NCBI RefSeq assembly: GCF_001194135.2
Contig: NC_068983.1
Span: forward strand, 155,344,290 to 155,408,248
Origin: Octopus bimaculoides
Taxonomy: Eukaryota
DNA: 63,959 bases
Direction: 5' to 3'
The first letter of the stretch is position 1. Every line of letters starts with the position of its first letter. Below are positions 63,801 through 63,959 of the stretch, in pieces. The notes below the pieces were generated by a model. It was not told where the DNA came from. It did not search any database and worked only from the letters and a program-made list of their open reading frames with translations. The position numbers and the translations under genes were made by a program.

Positions 63801-63959
63801 GAAAGAGTACTATAGACGAGTTAGATCAATACTAAAAACAGAGCTCAATGCTAAAAACAAGATAATGGGTATCAACACTTTAGCTGTCCCAGTTATAAGC
63901 TACAGCTACAACATCCTTAACTGGACACTAAACGAACTATGTAAAATAGACAGGAAAAC
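63799..63959 (+). mobile_element. 5'-truncated R4/Dong-like LINE (post-RT thumb region), open to the window end
   Basis: KKEYYRRVRSILKTELNAKNKIMGINTLAVPVISYSYNILNWTLNELCKIDRK directly after (AAT)n. Confidence 0.88.

Overview
This is a repeat-saturated, AT-rich eukaryotic window with many N-gaps and microsatellites. The SINE complement and style suggest a coleoid cephalopod, probably Octopus (inference). I could not confidently identify any host protein-coding gene, only weak exon-like islands. Well-supported content: (1) dozens of tRNA-derived SINEs, which I label A, A', B, B2, C and D; several have clean TSDs. (2) A decayed K02A2.6-type Gypsy element (11936-18188, minus) nested in a SINE, whose 5' end is replaced by a tail-to-head L1/Tx1-type LINE segment. 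(3) Four fragments of R4/Dong-like REL LINEs, two abutting (TAA)n. (4) A Penelope GIY-YIG fragment and four Penelope-type minimal hammerhead ribozyme motifs. (5) DNA-transposon derivatives: an 8-bp-TSD GG-ended MITE carrying (TTAGGG)4, a mariner derivative made of two inverted left ends, a TA-flanked long-TIR MITE and a Tc1 fragment. (6) A solo LTR with a 5-bp TSD. There is no CRISPR array, rRNA or true tRNA gene. Most ORF-track entries are microsatellite or N-gap artefacts. Family labels and protein similarities come from visual motif recognition, not database searches.
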